Below are positions 54,055 to 64,000 of a DNA stretch of 64,000 nt, piece after piece (the first letter of the stretch is position 1; the number at the start of each line of letters is the position of its first letter). The notes under the pieces were generated by a model. The model searched no databases, was not told the DNA's origin, and saw nothing but the letters and a program-made list of their open reading frames with translations. Origin of the DNA: an uncultured Verrucomicrobiae bacterium (lineage in GTDB: Bacteria > Verrucomicrobiota > Verrucomicrobiia > Limisphaerales > JAFGQR01); the NCBI GenBank assembly GCA_963788655.1, contig CAWBHS010000059.1, positions 64,001 to 128,000 of the forward strand, read 5' to 3'. Both the position numbers and the translations under genes were made by a program.

Positions 54055-54251
54055 ATATACACGCCAAACCCAATGATTTTGGGCTCCAGCGCCAGTAGCT
54101 TTTCGGCAATGTCCAGCGGCTGCTGATTGATGTCGAACTCGGCCGGCGCCGCCCGCGGGCGCAATTCGTCCAGGTTGGCCAGCAGGTAGCGCAAGCCAAA
54201 GGCCGCGTGGATGTATTTCGCGTTCAGCGTCGTCAGGACAATTTCCGATAT
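54055..54251 (-). pseudogene. N-terminal fragment of a B12-binding-domain radical SAM protein
   Basis: IVLTTLNAKYIHAAFGLRYLLANL...EFDINQ...IIGFGVYI, then the similarity stops; start codon reads ATA. Confidence 0.7.
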
Positions 54252-54547
54252 ACCGCGAATAACGTAGCGGGATCGGGTTGATTTTTCACCGAAGAAAGCA
54301 ACGGCGGAGGAGAAATCCGAAATTCGATCCCTTTGGCTTGCGGCGGGAAGCGAAGCGCCGCACCGCTTTGGCTGTGTTCGGGAGTCCCCCGTTCGAAAGT
54401 GGTGTCGGCGCTTGGCTCTGCCACCGCACTCCATATTTCTCGTCTTACCCGGCGCATTCGGATTTCGACCTTCGGCCTTCGGTCTTTCCCACGACCGTTT
54501 TGACTTTCTTGTTGCCAATCCGTGCAACTTTGCAACAATTCGTCCTC

Positions 54548-56260
54548 ATGCAACGACAAGCTTCCACCCAAGGTCTTTCTGTCCGACGGATCCTTCTGTT
54601 CGCCCTCTCCGCCACGTTCCTGCTAGCATGGCTGTGCCCATTACTCGCTCAGGCAGCCGAATTTCGCCGGCTGCCGATCAAGGAATATCGCGACAAAATG
54701 AAGGGCGGCTGGATCGGCCAAATTGCCGGCGTGTCGTGGGGTGCGCCCACCGAGTTCAAATGGCGCGACCAAATCATTCCCGCGGACAAGATGCCCCAAT
54801 GGACGCCGGACATGATCAATCATGCCTTCGGCCAGGATGATCTTTACGTGGAAATGACCTTCCTGCGCTCGCTCGAACAATACGGCATCGACGTGCCCAT
54901 CCGGCAGGCGGGGATCGATTTTGCGAATAGTGGTTATCCCTTGTGGTGCGCCAACAACGCCGGTCGCAGCAACCTTCGCAAGGGCATTGCCCCGCCGGAT
55001 TCGAGCCATCCGCAGTTCAACAAATGTCCGAACGACATCGATTACCAGATCGAAGCGGATTACTCGGGACTGATTGCGCCGGGCATGCCGCAAGCAGCGA
55101 TTGACCTGGGCGAAAAGTTTGGCCGGCTGATGAATTACGGCGACGGCGTGTATGCCGGTCAATTCATGGGCGCCATGTACGCCGAAGCGTTTTTCGAAAC
55201 GGACCCGGTCAAGCTGGCCGAGGCGGGCCTGCGCGCCATTCCCGCCGAAAGCCAATACGCCGAGATGGTGCGGGACATGATCGCCTGGTACCACGCCGAT
55301 CCGAACGACTGGCAGAAATGCTGGCAAAAATGTGAGCAGAAATATCGGAACAACCCCGCCTACCAGAAAGCGTCCAACGGCGGCATCGACTGCAAAATCA
55401 ACGGCGCCTATGTCCTCATGGGATTGCTGTTCGGTCAGCGCGATCTGGACCAGACGATTCTGATTTCCTGCCGCTCGGGGATGGATTCGGATTGCAATCC
55501 CTCGAGTTCCGGCGGCGTGCTGTTCACGACCATCGGTTATGCAAAACTGCCGGCGCGCTTCAACACCGGTCTCGACGAGCAGAAGGAATTCAGTCACACC
55601 GCCTACAACTTTCCGCGGTTGCTGGATGTGTGTGAGAAACTGGCCCGCCAGTTCCTGGCGCGCTACGGCGGACGAGTGGAAACAGACGCCAACGGCGAGG
55701 AAGTGTTTGTCATTCCCGTGCGCCAGCCCAAGCCGAGCAAATTGGAACTGAGTTGGGCGCCCGGACGAATCGCCAATAGCCGGTTCACCCCCGCCGAGAT
55801 GGCGCAGATCACCGCAGGCAACCTCCCGCGGAACATGGCCAAAGCCGTGGAGAAGCTCGCGCCTGGCTGGACGATCAAGAATTGCGGTTCGGATATGGAC
55901 CCGGGGCTGCGAGCCGAATGGGCTGGCAAGAAGAACGTTTTGGTCACGCATCCGCTCGACCAGCAAACCGGCTGTGTGTTGTCCCGGACGGTGAAAATTC
56001 CCGCCGGCAAGCAGACTACGTTGAACCTGGTGGTCGGCCATGATCCCCAAGGCGACTTTGATCTGATCGTCCGCGCCGATGGTAAGCCATTACTTCGCAA
56101 GGCGGTCAGCGCCAAGACGGCCACCGCCCATTGGCTGACAGAGTCGATAGCCCTTTCACAATTCGCCGGAAAGACCGTGAAACTCGAGCTGGTCAACCAA
56201 CCCACCGGGTGGTCCTACGAAGCTGCCTATTGGGCGTCCATCGATTTGCGCAACCAGTAG
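54548..56260 (+). CDS. Exported ADP-ribosylglycohydrolase family protein with a C-terminal accessory domain
   Basis: GGWIGQ..G..WGAPTEF, QDDLYVE, GMDSDCN. Confidence 0.82.
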   Translation: MQRQASTQGLSVRRILLFALSATFLLAWLCPLLAQAAEFRRLPIKEYRDKMKGGWIGQIAGVSWGAPTEFKWRDQIIPADKMPQWTPDMINHAFGQDDLYVEMTFLRSLEQYGIDVPIRQAGIDFANSGYPLWCANNAGRSNLRKGIAPPDSSHPQFNKCPNDIDYQIEADYSGLIAPGMPQAAIDLGEKFGRLMNYGDGVYAGQFMGAMYAEAFFETDPVKLAEAGLRAIPAESQYAEMVRDMIAWYHADPNDWQKCWQKCEQKYRNNPAYQKASNGGIDCKINGAYVLMGLLFGQRDLDQTILISCRSGMDSDCNPSSSGGVLFTTIGYAKLPARFNTGLDEQKEFSHTAYNFPRLLDVCEKLARQFLARYGGRVETDANGEEVFVIPVRQPKPSKLELSWAPGRIANSRFTPAEMAQITAGNLPRNMAKAVEKLAPGWTIKNCGSDMDPGLRAEWAGKKNVLVTHPLDQQTGCVLSRTVKIPAGKQTTLNLVVGHDPQGDFDLIVRADGKPLLRKAVSAKTATAHWLTESIALSQFAGKTVKLELVNQPTGWSYEAAYWASIDLRNQ

Positions 56261-56400
56261 CATAGCCATCCCGACTGTCCCGAATGACCGAAAAGCGTGC
56301 GCGAACTTTGCAAGTCCTCGGATGATTGAATGTCTGCAGGACAGTTCAAGCCGTGCAAGCTTGTATGCTTGCTTCTTCTTTGCACGCGCCCGTTCCAACG

Positions 56401-56502
56401 AAAGCGGGAGCAAGCTCCACGCACTCCAAACGCTGCGCGATTTCCAATGCCAGTTCGATCCTCGCGCCAGCGTTTGGAGTGCGCCCGGCTTGCCGGCGCT
56501 TT
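56401..56502. repeat. REP doublet (CGTTTGGAGTGCG family), opposite arrangement to 6992-7140
   Basis: AAAGCGGGAGCAAGCTCCACGCACTCCAAACGCTGCGCGA ... TCGCGCCAGCGTTTGGAGTGCGCCCGGCTTGCCGGCGCTTT. Confidence 0.85.
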
Positions 56503-56767
56503 CGCATGGGGAAAGGCGATCAAATTCTTGTGGGGGTAGCCCTCTGCTGGGCACATGTGTAGTTTCGGGAACAGTAGCACAAAGCCAAGGATCGTTGCCT
56601 CCAACGTAGGATAGCCGTCTCGGCTGTCCCGAATGGCCGGAGACCGTCCTTTGGCACTTCGTGTCAGGCGGGAAGCTCGGTCCTACAGCCGCCACAAATT
56701 GGCTTTGCCCGCACGCCAAACTGCGCTAATCCTTTTGAAATAACCGCAGTGAAATGCCCGCACAACC

Positions 56768-58768
56768 ATGAACTCAGACATGTCGCAACTAAGCCAATTC
56801 CTGACCCTCTCCCTGCTCGGGATGTTGACCCTCACCCTCCACGCCGACACGCAAAGCTGGACGGTCGAGTCGCCCAATGGCCGCATCAAGTTCACCGCCC
56901 AATTGGCTGATCTTGGCGGCACCGCCGATTACCCGGCCGGCGAAGTGCGTTTGTATTACCGGGTCGAACAGGGTTCTGAGAAAGCGCGAACGGTGGTCAT
57001 TCACAATTCGCCGCTCGGCCTGTCGCTCAAAGGCCAAAGCTTTCTTGCAGGACTTCGTTTTGAATTGGCCAAGGGCCCGGTGCGCATCGAAGACGACTAC
57101 ACCATGACGCGCGGCAAACGCCGCCACCCGCACAACACCGCCAACGAGTTGACGCTGCGGTTTCGCAATCCGGACGGGGCCGTCCTCGAGTTGGACGTGC
57201 GCGCTTACAACGACGGCGTGGCGTTTCGCTATCGGCTGCCGGATCGCGATGAGGCGACGCATACGTTGGAAGCCGAAGCGACCGGCTTCGCGTTGCCGAT
57301 GGACGCCCGGTTGTGGATGCAACCGAATGACAAGGTCTCCACCTATGCGCCGGCTTACGAGACGTATTACGAGAACGGCATTGCCGTGAACACGCCGTCG
57401 CCCACCGGCATGGGCTGGGCGTTTCCGGTTCTGTTTCGCACGGCGGACGAACAACATTGGGGATTGATCACGGAGGCCAACCTCGGCCGGAACTATTTTG
57501 GCGGCCGGCTGGCCAGCACGGCGCCGAAAGGCGTTTATCGGCTGCGCCTCCCCGATCCGGCGGAAGGCAATGACTATGGTCCGCTGGAGCCGTCCTCGAC
57601 CTTGCCGTGGGAAATGCCGTGGCGGGTCATCATTCTGGGCGATTCGCCGGGGGCCATTGTCGAATCCACATTGGTGACCGACGTGAGCGCACAGTCCACG
57701 GTGAAGGATACGAGTTGGATTCATCCGGGCCGGGTGACTTGGAGTTGGTGGTCCGATCAGCCCAGTCCGCGCGACGGGGAAAAGCAGAAACGGTTTGTCG
57801 ATTTCGCCGCCGAGATGGGCTGGGAATACATCCTCGTGGACGCCAATTGGACGATTATGGACCACGGGACCATTCACGACGTGATCCGTTACGCCAAAAG
57901 CAAGGGCGTGGGCGTGTTGCTGTGGTACAACTCCGGCGGCCCGCACAACGTCGTCACCGAGAAGCCCCGCGGCAACATGTTCTTCCGCGAGGTGCGCCGG
58001 GCTGAATTCAAGATGCTCAAGGATTGGGGTGTGAAAGGCGTTAAGGTGGATTTCTTTCAGAGCGACAAGCCGGACATCATCGCGTTGTATCAGGACATTC
58101 TCAAGGATGCGGCTGATTTCCAAATCATGGTCAATTTTCACGGCTGCACGCTGCCGCGCGGGTGGAGTCGGACCTATCCGCACCTGATGTCGATGGAAGC
58201 GGTGCGGGGCGAGGAATGCTACATCTTCGATTCGCAATATCCGGACCGCGCGCCCGTGCAAAGCACTATCACACCCTTCACACGGAATGCCGTCGGGCCG
58301 ATGGATTACACACCCATGGGACTGTCCAATAACCGCTATCCGCACAAGACCACGTACGCCCATGAACTGGCGTTGACCGTGCTCTTCGAAACCGGCTGGC
58401 TTCACTTTGCCGATGATCCGGATTCGTATCGCAAGCTGCCGGATGCACCCAAGGATTTCATCAAGCACCTGCCGGCCACTTGGGACGACACGCGCTTTGT
58501 GGCCGGTTACCCTGGGAAAAACGTCGTGCTCGCCCGCCGGCATGATGACACCTGGTATGTGGCCGGGATCAATGGCCAGAACGAGCCGCAAACGCAAACG
58601 CTGGATTTGAGCAAAATTCTCGGACCGGGGAACTATCAGATGACGCTGATCACTGACGGCAACGATGCCAAACATTTTGCCAGCGACACGCGGCGCTTGG
58701 CCGCGAATGAGCCTCTGAAAGTGAAACTGCTTCCCTATGGCGGCTTTGTGGCAACGTTTGCGCGTTGA
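56768..58768 (+). CDS. Glycoside hydrolase family 97 protein
   Basis: RAYNDGVAFRY, PWRVI, GVKVDFF, VNFHG, RTYP, GPMDYTP, TWDDT. Confidence 0.92.
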   Translation: MNSDMSQLSQFLTLSLLGMLTLTLHADTQSWTVESPNGRIKFTAQLADLGGTADYPAGEVRLYYRVEQGSEKARTVVIHNSPLGLSLKGQSFLAGLRFELAKGPVRIEDDYTMTRGKRRHPHNTANELTLRFRNPDGAVLELDVRAYNDGVAFRYRLPDRDEATHTLEAEATGFALPMDARLWMQPNDKVSTYAPAYETYYENGIAVNTPSPTGMGWAFPVLFRTADEQHWGLITEANLGRNYFGGRLASTAPKGVYRLRLPDPAEGNDYGPLEPSSTLPWEMPWRVIILGDSPGAIVESTLVTDVSAQSTVKDTSWIHPGRVTWSWWSDQPSPRDGEKQKRFVDFAAEMGWEYILVDANWTIMDHGTIHDVIRYAKSKGVGVLLWYNSGGPHNVVTEKPRGNMFFREVRRAEFKMLKDWGVKGVKVDFFQSDKPDIIALYQDILKDAADFQIMVNFHGCTLPRGWSRTYPHLMSMEAVRGEECYIFDSQYPDRAPVQSTITPFTRNAVGPMDYTPMGLSNNRYPHKTTYAHELALTVLFETGWLHFADDPDSYRKLPDAPKDFIKHLPATWDDTRFVAGYPGKNVVLARRHDDTWYVAGINGQNEPQTQTLDLSKILGPGNYQMTLITDGNDAKHFASDTRRLAANEPLKVKLLPYGGFVATFAR

Positions 58769-58830
58769 GTTCAAAACGAACCATGAATGCACTCAAAAAT
58801 TCCTAATTGGGTCGAAATGCCCAGACGCTT

Positions 58831-60003
58831 ATGAAGATTCGTCTTTCGTTTTTCCTTGTCCTCGCCAGCGGAATGTTGACCGGCTGCCTATACGTCAACG
58901 ATTCGCGTAGTCACGGCTATTCGAGCGCTGATTACAAAGCGGTCACGAATATCACGCAGTCCGGCGTGGTTCCCGCGGACGTGAAACGCTTGGAAGTCGA
59001 TAACCGTTTCGGCCACGTTTACGTCACGGGAATTGACAACGGTCCCGGCGACTGGTCATGGACCTTAAATGTGCGGGCGCTGAACGACACTCTGGCGCAA
59101 GAAGCGGTTGAGGCCGCGAGTTGTTCGGTCGTGCAAACCGGCAGCCGCTTGCGCCTGGTGGTGACGCTGCCCGATACCGACGGCAAACAGATCTTTCAAT
59201 CGGACCTCGAAATTCGCGCTCCCAAGTCAGCCGCTGTCCACACGCAAAACCGGTTTGGCCGGACGCAAATTGCCAACTTCGAGGGTGACGTGGAAGCCAC
59301 CGGACAACATGGCGCCATGGATCTGACAACCATCGGCGGCAGCGTGCAGGCGCAAACGTCTTTCGGCACATTGAACGTCAACAGCACCGGTTCGGCCACA
59401 CTTTGCAATCACCATGGCGAGATTGAGGCGCTTGAAGTGCATGGCCCCTTGGATGCGGAAACCAGTTTTGCGAAGGTGGCCGCCCGCAACATATTCGGCC
59501 CTATCGCGGTACGAAACCAGCACGGGCCCGTGGAAGTTGCCAATGTTGGAGGGCATGCCAACCTGAGCACCTCATTCGCAGGGCTGAAGGCAGAGGGGAT
59601 CGAAGGCGACGCGGAATTAACCAATCAGCATGGCCGAGTGGCGGCAAAGGGCGTCACCGGTTCCATTCGGGCAAGCACCTCTTTCGAAACGATCGACATT
59701 ACGGCAGGCGGTTCCGATTTCACTTGCCGCAATCAACACGGTTCCATCCGCCTGCAAGCAACTTCCCCGACGCTGAAAATGATCGAAGCCAACACGAGTT
59801 TCGGTTCGCTGGAAGTGCGTTTGCCGGCGAGCCTGAAACCTGCCATTCAGGCGCGCACCAGTTTTGCCAACATCGAATCCGATTTCCCAGTGCTAATGAA
59901 ACCACGTGGCGAAGACCCGTTTGCCAACGCGGCACCCGACACCCCGCGAATCACACTCCAAAACGACCATGGAAAAATCCGCGTGATCTGCGAGCAGGAA
60001 TAG
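58831..60003 (+). CDS. Lipoprotein with DUF4097-like beta-strand repeats
   Basis: Lipobox LTGC; alternating (N)QHG and TSF(G/A) repeats. Confidence 0.78.
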   Translation: MKIRLSFFLVLASGMLTGCLYVNDSRSHGYSSADYKAVTNITQSGVVPADVKRLEVDNRFGHVYVTGIDNGPGDWSWTLNVRALNDTLAQEAVEAASCSVVQTGSRLRLVVTLPDTDGKQIFQSDLEIRAPKSAAVHTQNRFGRTQIANFEGDVEATGQHGAMDLTTIGGSVQAQTSFGTLNVNSTGSATLCNHHGEIEALEVHGPLDAETSFAKVAARNIFGPIAVRNQHGPVEVANVGGHANLSTSFAGLKAEGIEGDAELTNQHGRVAAKGVTGSIRASTSFETIDITAGGSDFTCRNQHGSIRLQATSPTLKMIEANTSFGSLEVRLPASLKPAIQARTSFANIESDFPVLMKPRGEDPFANAAPDTPRITLQNDHGKIRVICEQE

Positions 60004-60045
60004 ACTCGCCCGAGACAACCGAATCCTGAGTGAGAAGGACGGACT

Positions 60046-62403
60046 TCAGCGAAGCCCCGCTCTGGGGAATCGCCACAACAACGCCGGCAACAACACCAAC
60101 ACCGCAATCAACGCGCCGGCGAAGGCCACGGCGCACAGCACGCCGAAATGCACTACGGGCGGAAATGAAGAAAGTGCAAACAGCGAAAAAATGGCGATCA
60201 ACGCCGCACTGGTGGCGATGATCGGACGCCCTTTCACCCGGAACGTGGCCGACAAGGCTTCCGGCGACGCCAAACCGCGGGCCCGCGCCTCGCGCCAATA
60301 GGTCACGAAATGCACGGAATCGTCCACGGCGATTCCCAGCGCAATCGCCGCCACCATGACGGTGATCGAGTTTAAGGGTAACGTCGCAAAGCCGGCGACG
60401 GCCATCACCAGGCCGACCGGAATGGCATTGGTCAGCAACGCAAACAAGGCCAGCACCGGTGAGCGCCACAACAAGGCCAACACCAGACCGATCACCACGG
60501 CGGCCACGCCAGCCGTTTGCACCTGGCTTCGCACGATACGGCGGTCGGCTTCGAGAATCGAGTGAATGCCCGCGGTGGCCGAGACTTTTACCGCTGGCGG
60601 CTTGTTGGTCTTGGCAAAATCGACCACTTTGTGCAGCAAGTTCAGGTAACGTTCGGCGGGCATGTCGCGCGTGCGCATGACCAAGTAGGCCGTGCGCAAG
60701 GTTGGATCGGCCAGCGCGGTCAGGAAGGGGTAATCTTGTGACTGCAACGCCAGCGCAAAGAAGTTCAACAGGAGCGGATTCTTGGGCAGCGTCATGGCCT
60801 CCGGTTGGCCGCCTTCCCAGATTTGGTTCATCATCGCCATCAACTGCGCGTACGAATAAACGCCGGATACTTCGGAACGCGCCTCGGCGTAACGTTGAAC
60901 CCGGTCGATGTAACGCAGGAACTCCGGGTTGTTGACTCCGCCCTTCGCGCCGGAATCGAACTCAATTTGCACCACATTGATACCGCCATAGATTTGGTCC
61001 AGCATTTCCGCGGCGCGGCGCGTGGGACTGTGCGGGTTCAAGAACTCCACCGCCCGGATGTCCGTTCGAATGCGCCGGACGCCGAAGATCCCGGCGACTA
61101 CCGCCAGGAGCGCCACCACCATGATAACCTTGGCCTGCCCGCCGATGAAGCACGTCAACCGGCCCGGCCAACCTGAACGCCAATCGACCGGCGACACCGG
61201 AGGCTGGGCGCCCGGTTTTGCTGCGGTGGGCAACGCCGGAAGGTAGGGTGCGGCCAGTTGCATCAAAGCGAGACCCGGCCCGAACGTCATAAAGAAGACC
61301 AATGCGAGCCCCAATGATCCGAGCAGACCAAATTCCTGAACCTGACGAACCTCGCTCAGCATCAGCGAACCCAATCCAGCCACGGTGGTAATGGCCGCAA
61401 AAGCGCAGGACTTGAAGACCTGGTGCAACATCAGTTCAATGGCGGCCCGGCCCGTGGCGCCTTCACCCAGCGCCCGTTGAAATGCGGTATAAACGTGCGC
61501 CAGCAAGGTCAGATGGACTCCCGTCAGCAACGGCAGCAACATCACGGAAAATACCGTCAGCGAAAAGCCAAGTCCTTGGACCAACCCCGGCAACATCAAC
61601 AGCACGACCGCTTGGTTGGCCAGTACCAGAACCAGGTAGCGCCAGGATCGAAACGTGAACCACAGAATGATTGCCAGCAAGCTCAGCGCCGCTGGGAACA
61701 TGAGCTTCACATCCGAACGCAACGTGGCGCGGACTTCTTCTTCCACCAGCGGCAAGGCCAGCATTTGGAACCGCAAGCCTTCCTGGCGGAATGGACGCAG
61801 CACGCGGTCAATCTCCTGCCGCCAGGCTCGCTGCCGGGCGGGCGTGTCCAGGTCCCGCTGATACGTCACCAGAATGATCGTGTGCTTCGAATCCCCCGCC
61901 ACCATCAAATTGCGCACGAGCGGATGCGTCAGCGAAAATGTCTTCAGCTTCTTGAGTTTCTCGGCGGACAGTGGTTTTTCCGGGACGAACGGCACCATGT
62001 CAAAAGACAAGCCATGCCGCACCGGTATCGAGGAGTGCGTGAGGCTTTTCACGTCCGTCACGTCCGGTTCCTGCACGAAGGCATTGCTGACCCGGCGCAC
62101 GGCGTCGAGGCCGGACGGCGAAAACACCTCTGGCACCTCCAGGCTCAGGACCAGGACCTCGACGTTGGTCAGCATCTGCCGGACTTTTTCATAACTCTCG
62201 AGGTTTCGCCGATCGCCGGCGAGCAAGACGCGCAGTTCTGAGCTGACGCGAAACCGGGCCAGTTGCCAGAGCAAAGGCAGACAGAGCACCGCCGCGACGA
62301 TTAATGAAGTCCGCGGAAATCGCAGAAATGGATTCCATCGATGGATTGCCACTGTGGGGCAGGTGTACCGAATGCTTGGCGGCTTGTCAGTCCTGAAAGT
62401 CAA
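60046..62403 (-). CDS. MMPL/RND-family transporter (start uncertain)
   Basis: Two repeats of TM + periplasmic loop + 5 TM; IALGIAVDDSVHF. Confidence 0.85.
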   Translation of the reverse strand: MTFRTDKPPSIRYTCPTVAIHRWNPFLRFPRTSLIVAAVLCLPLLWQLARFRVSSELRVLLAGDRRNLESYEKVRQMLTNVEVLVLSLEVPEVFSPSGLDAVRRVSNAFVQEPDVTDVKSLTHSSIPVRHGLSFDMVPFVPEKPLSAEKLKKLKTFSLTHPLVRNLMVAGDSKHTIILVTYQRDLDTPARQRAWRQEIDRVLRPFRQEGLRFQMLALPLVEEEVRATLRSDVKLMFPAALSLLAIILWFTFRSWRYLVLVLANQAVVLLMLPGLVQGLGFSLTVFSVMLLPLLTGVHLTLLAHVYTAFQRALGEGATGRAAIELMLHQVFKSCAFAAITTVAGLGSLMLSEVRQVQEFGLLGSLGLALVFFMTFGPGLALMQLAAPYLPALPTAAKPGAQPPVSPVDWRSGWPGRLTCFIGGQAKVIMVVALLAVVAGIFGVRRIRTDIRAVEFLNPHSPTRRAAEMLDQIYGGINVVQIEFDSGAKGGVNNPEFLRYIDRVQRYAEARSEVSGVYSYAQLMAMMNQIWEGGQPEAMTLPKNPLLLNFFALALQSQDYPFLTALADPTLRTAYLVMRTRDMPAERYLNLLHKVVDFAKTNKPPAVKVSATAGIHSILEADRRIVRSQVQTAGVAAVVIGLVLALLWRSPVLALFALLTNAIPVGLVMAVAGFATLPLNSITVMVAAIALGIAVDDSVHFVTYWREARARGLASPEALSATFRVKGRPIIATSAALIAIFSLFALSSFPPVVHFGVLCAVAFAGALIAVLVLLPALLWRFPRAGLR

Positions 62404-62505
62404 TCAGGACCTCCGTGCCCTTACTCAGGATGCGCGGCGGAAAAATGATTTCGGTTTCCTGGAATTGGCGGCCATTTGTAGGTAGAAACTGAATAAGACT
62501 GAACC

Positions 62506-64000
62506 ATGACTGATGCCTGTTGGTTGGAGAAGTATTTGGAAGACGGCTCGGAAGCCGCCTTTCGCTCCGTGGTCGAGCGACATTTGGACCTGGTCTATGC
62601 GACAGCCTTTCGGCGCCTGGGCAATCAGACATTGGCAAAAGAAGCGGCGCAGGAGGTGTTCATCATGCTGGCACGGAAAGCCGGCACGCTGCGCGGGCGT
62701 GCCGATTTGTCGGGTTGGCTCTACAAAACCGCCTTGTTCAAGGCCAGGGAAATTGCTCGTGAGGAAGGGCGACGGGCCCGCCGCGAATCGCAAGCGATTT
62801 CGTTGGGCACCACCATGAAAGACGACGACTCACTCCTGAAATCGCTGGCCGGAGATTTGGACGAGGCGATGCTCGCCCTCCGGGAAAAGGACCGCCAAGC
62901 GCTGCTGCTCCGTTATTTCGAAGACAAAAGTCTCCGGGAGGTCGGCGAAGCTCTGGGCGTCGGCGAAGACGCCGCGCAAAAGCGGGTCGCGACCGCGCTG
63001 GAATCGCTGGCGCGGTCCTTTCGCAAGCAAGGCTATGCAGTGGGTGGTGTCGGCGCCCTCGCCACCGTCATGCGGGGTGCGATACAGGCCGCTCCTTCGG
63101 GATGGCTTGCGGTTATTTCCCAGACCGCCGTTAAGGAGGCCGTGGTCGGCGCCTCACTCGTCGGCGTGGGTGCGTTGCTCACCAAGCTGATGAGTTTCAT
63201 CAAGGCGCACACGGCTGCCGTATGCCTGGCGCTCGCCGCAGTCCCGGCCCTCTGGCAATGGCAGGCGCTCGCCACGGCGCGTAATCAACAACAGGATTGG
63301 CGAAGCAGCATCGCAGCCGTCGAAACTCGCCTGGCCCAATTCGAAGCGGAAAACCAACAAGTCCAGCGCCGGCTGAACACGGCCCGTGATGTCGCGTCCC
63401 GGCTGCAAGCGGCCCTCTACCGGCGTCAATCCGGTCTTGCCAATCCGTATGTCGCGGCCACCGATAGCGATCTTTATCGTTGGTCTGAACAGTCGGAGTA
63501 TGTGCGGGTGCCCAAAGCGGTCCTGGCCAAGATCGCATTGGTTGCAGTCCCACAAACGCCCAAGTATCAAAGGTCGTGGGAGGATGCGGAACGGCCGGCC
63601 CTGACGAAAGACGGGACGATTTCGCCGACGTTGGTCGCGGCGCTCGATTTATCAACTGACCAGGTAAAGGGCTTGCAGGATTTCCTGGTGGTCTTCAAAC
63701 GGGAATTCGAAGCGACGGCGCGGAAATACAGTGTTCTCACCAACGTGAGTTCGGACGCTCTGGGGTTCCCGCACACGCTGCTCACGCAGGATTCAAGTGG
63801 CCCTCCGGGCGAGCCCAAAACTCTTTACACGGCAGCCTTTCCCGCGGAAGGCGCCGTTCTGGAGCGGCAGTTTTATGAGACGCTGGAGACTCTCCTGGGA
63901 TCGGAGCGCGCCGGCGTCTTCTGGCGTCAAGCCCAGCATGACTTGGTGTATCAGTTCAACCGCTTCGGCCAATCGCCGAAAGTCGTCACCCTGGTTCGTC
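62506..64000 (+). CDS. ECF sigma-70 factor with TM segment and C-terminal extension (runs off the window)
   Basis: Translated by hand: AFRSVVERHLDLVYATAFRRL...AQEVFIMLARK...GWLY; region 4 LLRYFEDKSLREVGEALGV.EDAAQKRV; frame open to 64000. Confidence 0.88.
   Translation, partial: MTDACWLEKYLEDGSEAAFRSVVERHLDLVYATAFRRLGNQTLAKEAAQEVFIMLARKAGTLRGRADLSGWLYKTALFKAREIAREEGRRARRESQAISLGTTMKDDDSLLKSLAGDLDEAMLALREKDRQALLLRYFEDKSLREVGEALGVGEDAAQKRVATALESLARSFRKQGYAVGGVGALATVMRGAIQAAPSGWLAVISQTAVKEAVVGASLVGVGALLTKLMSFIKAHTAAVCLALAAVPALWQWQALATARNQQQDWRSSIAAVETRLAQFEAENQQVQRRLNTARDVASRLQAALYRRQSGLANPYVAATDSDLYRWSEQSEYVRVPKAVLAKIALVAVPQTPKYQRSWEDAERPALTKDGTISPTLVAALDLSTDQVKGLQDFLVVFKREFEATARKYSVLTNVSSDALGFPHTLLTQDSSGPPGEPKTLYTAAFPAEGAVLERQFYETLETLLGSERAGVFWRQAQHDLVYQFNRFGQSPKVVTLVR

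Overview
GC-rich bacterial DNA, most likely Verrucomicrobiota (inferred from gene content, extended ECF sigma factor and repeat families). The first ~5.2 kb is an integron: a minus-strand cassette array (two attC sites; an Imm74-like gene, a frameshifted secreted protein and an ankyrin gene), an attI site, and two tandem integron-integrase genes. The second intI is split inside its conserved LRV|KD motif by a 284-bp element. That element carries only an 87-aa GIY-YIG nuclease gene between 13-bp perfect inverted repeats, with a GGGT direct repeat at the junctions, and removing it precisely restores the reading frame. It is the strongest candidate for an undescribed mobile or switch system. The rest is mostly housekeeping: mscS-like, pfkA, antiporter, hybrid kinase, subtilase, ccsA-hemA-hemC-cobA/hemD, gnd, PfkB kinase, ptsI, rplM-rpsI, katG, tag, GH43, uvrB, tRNA-Gly, pyrC, GH97, MMPL and an ECF sigma factor. 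Intergenic regions hold several REP/MITE-like palindrome families, including a 270-bp CTAG-flanked MITE. Frameshifts in conserved genes (rpsI, ptsI, katG, gnd, uvrB) point to assembly errors, so pseudogene calls based on indels are tentative. All product calls come from motif recognition by eye; no searches were run.
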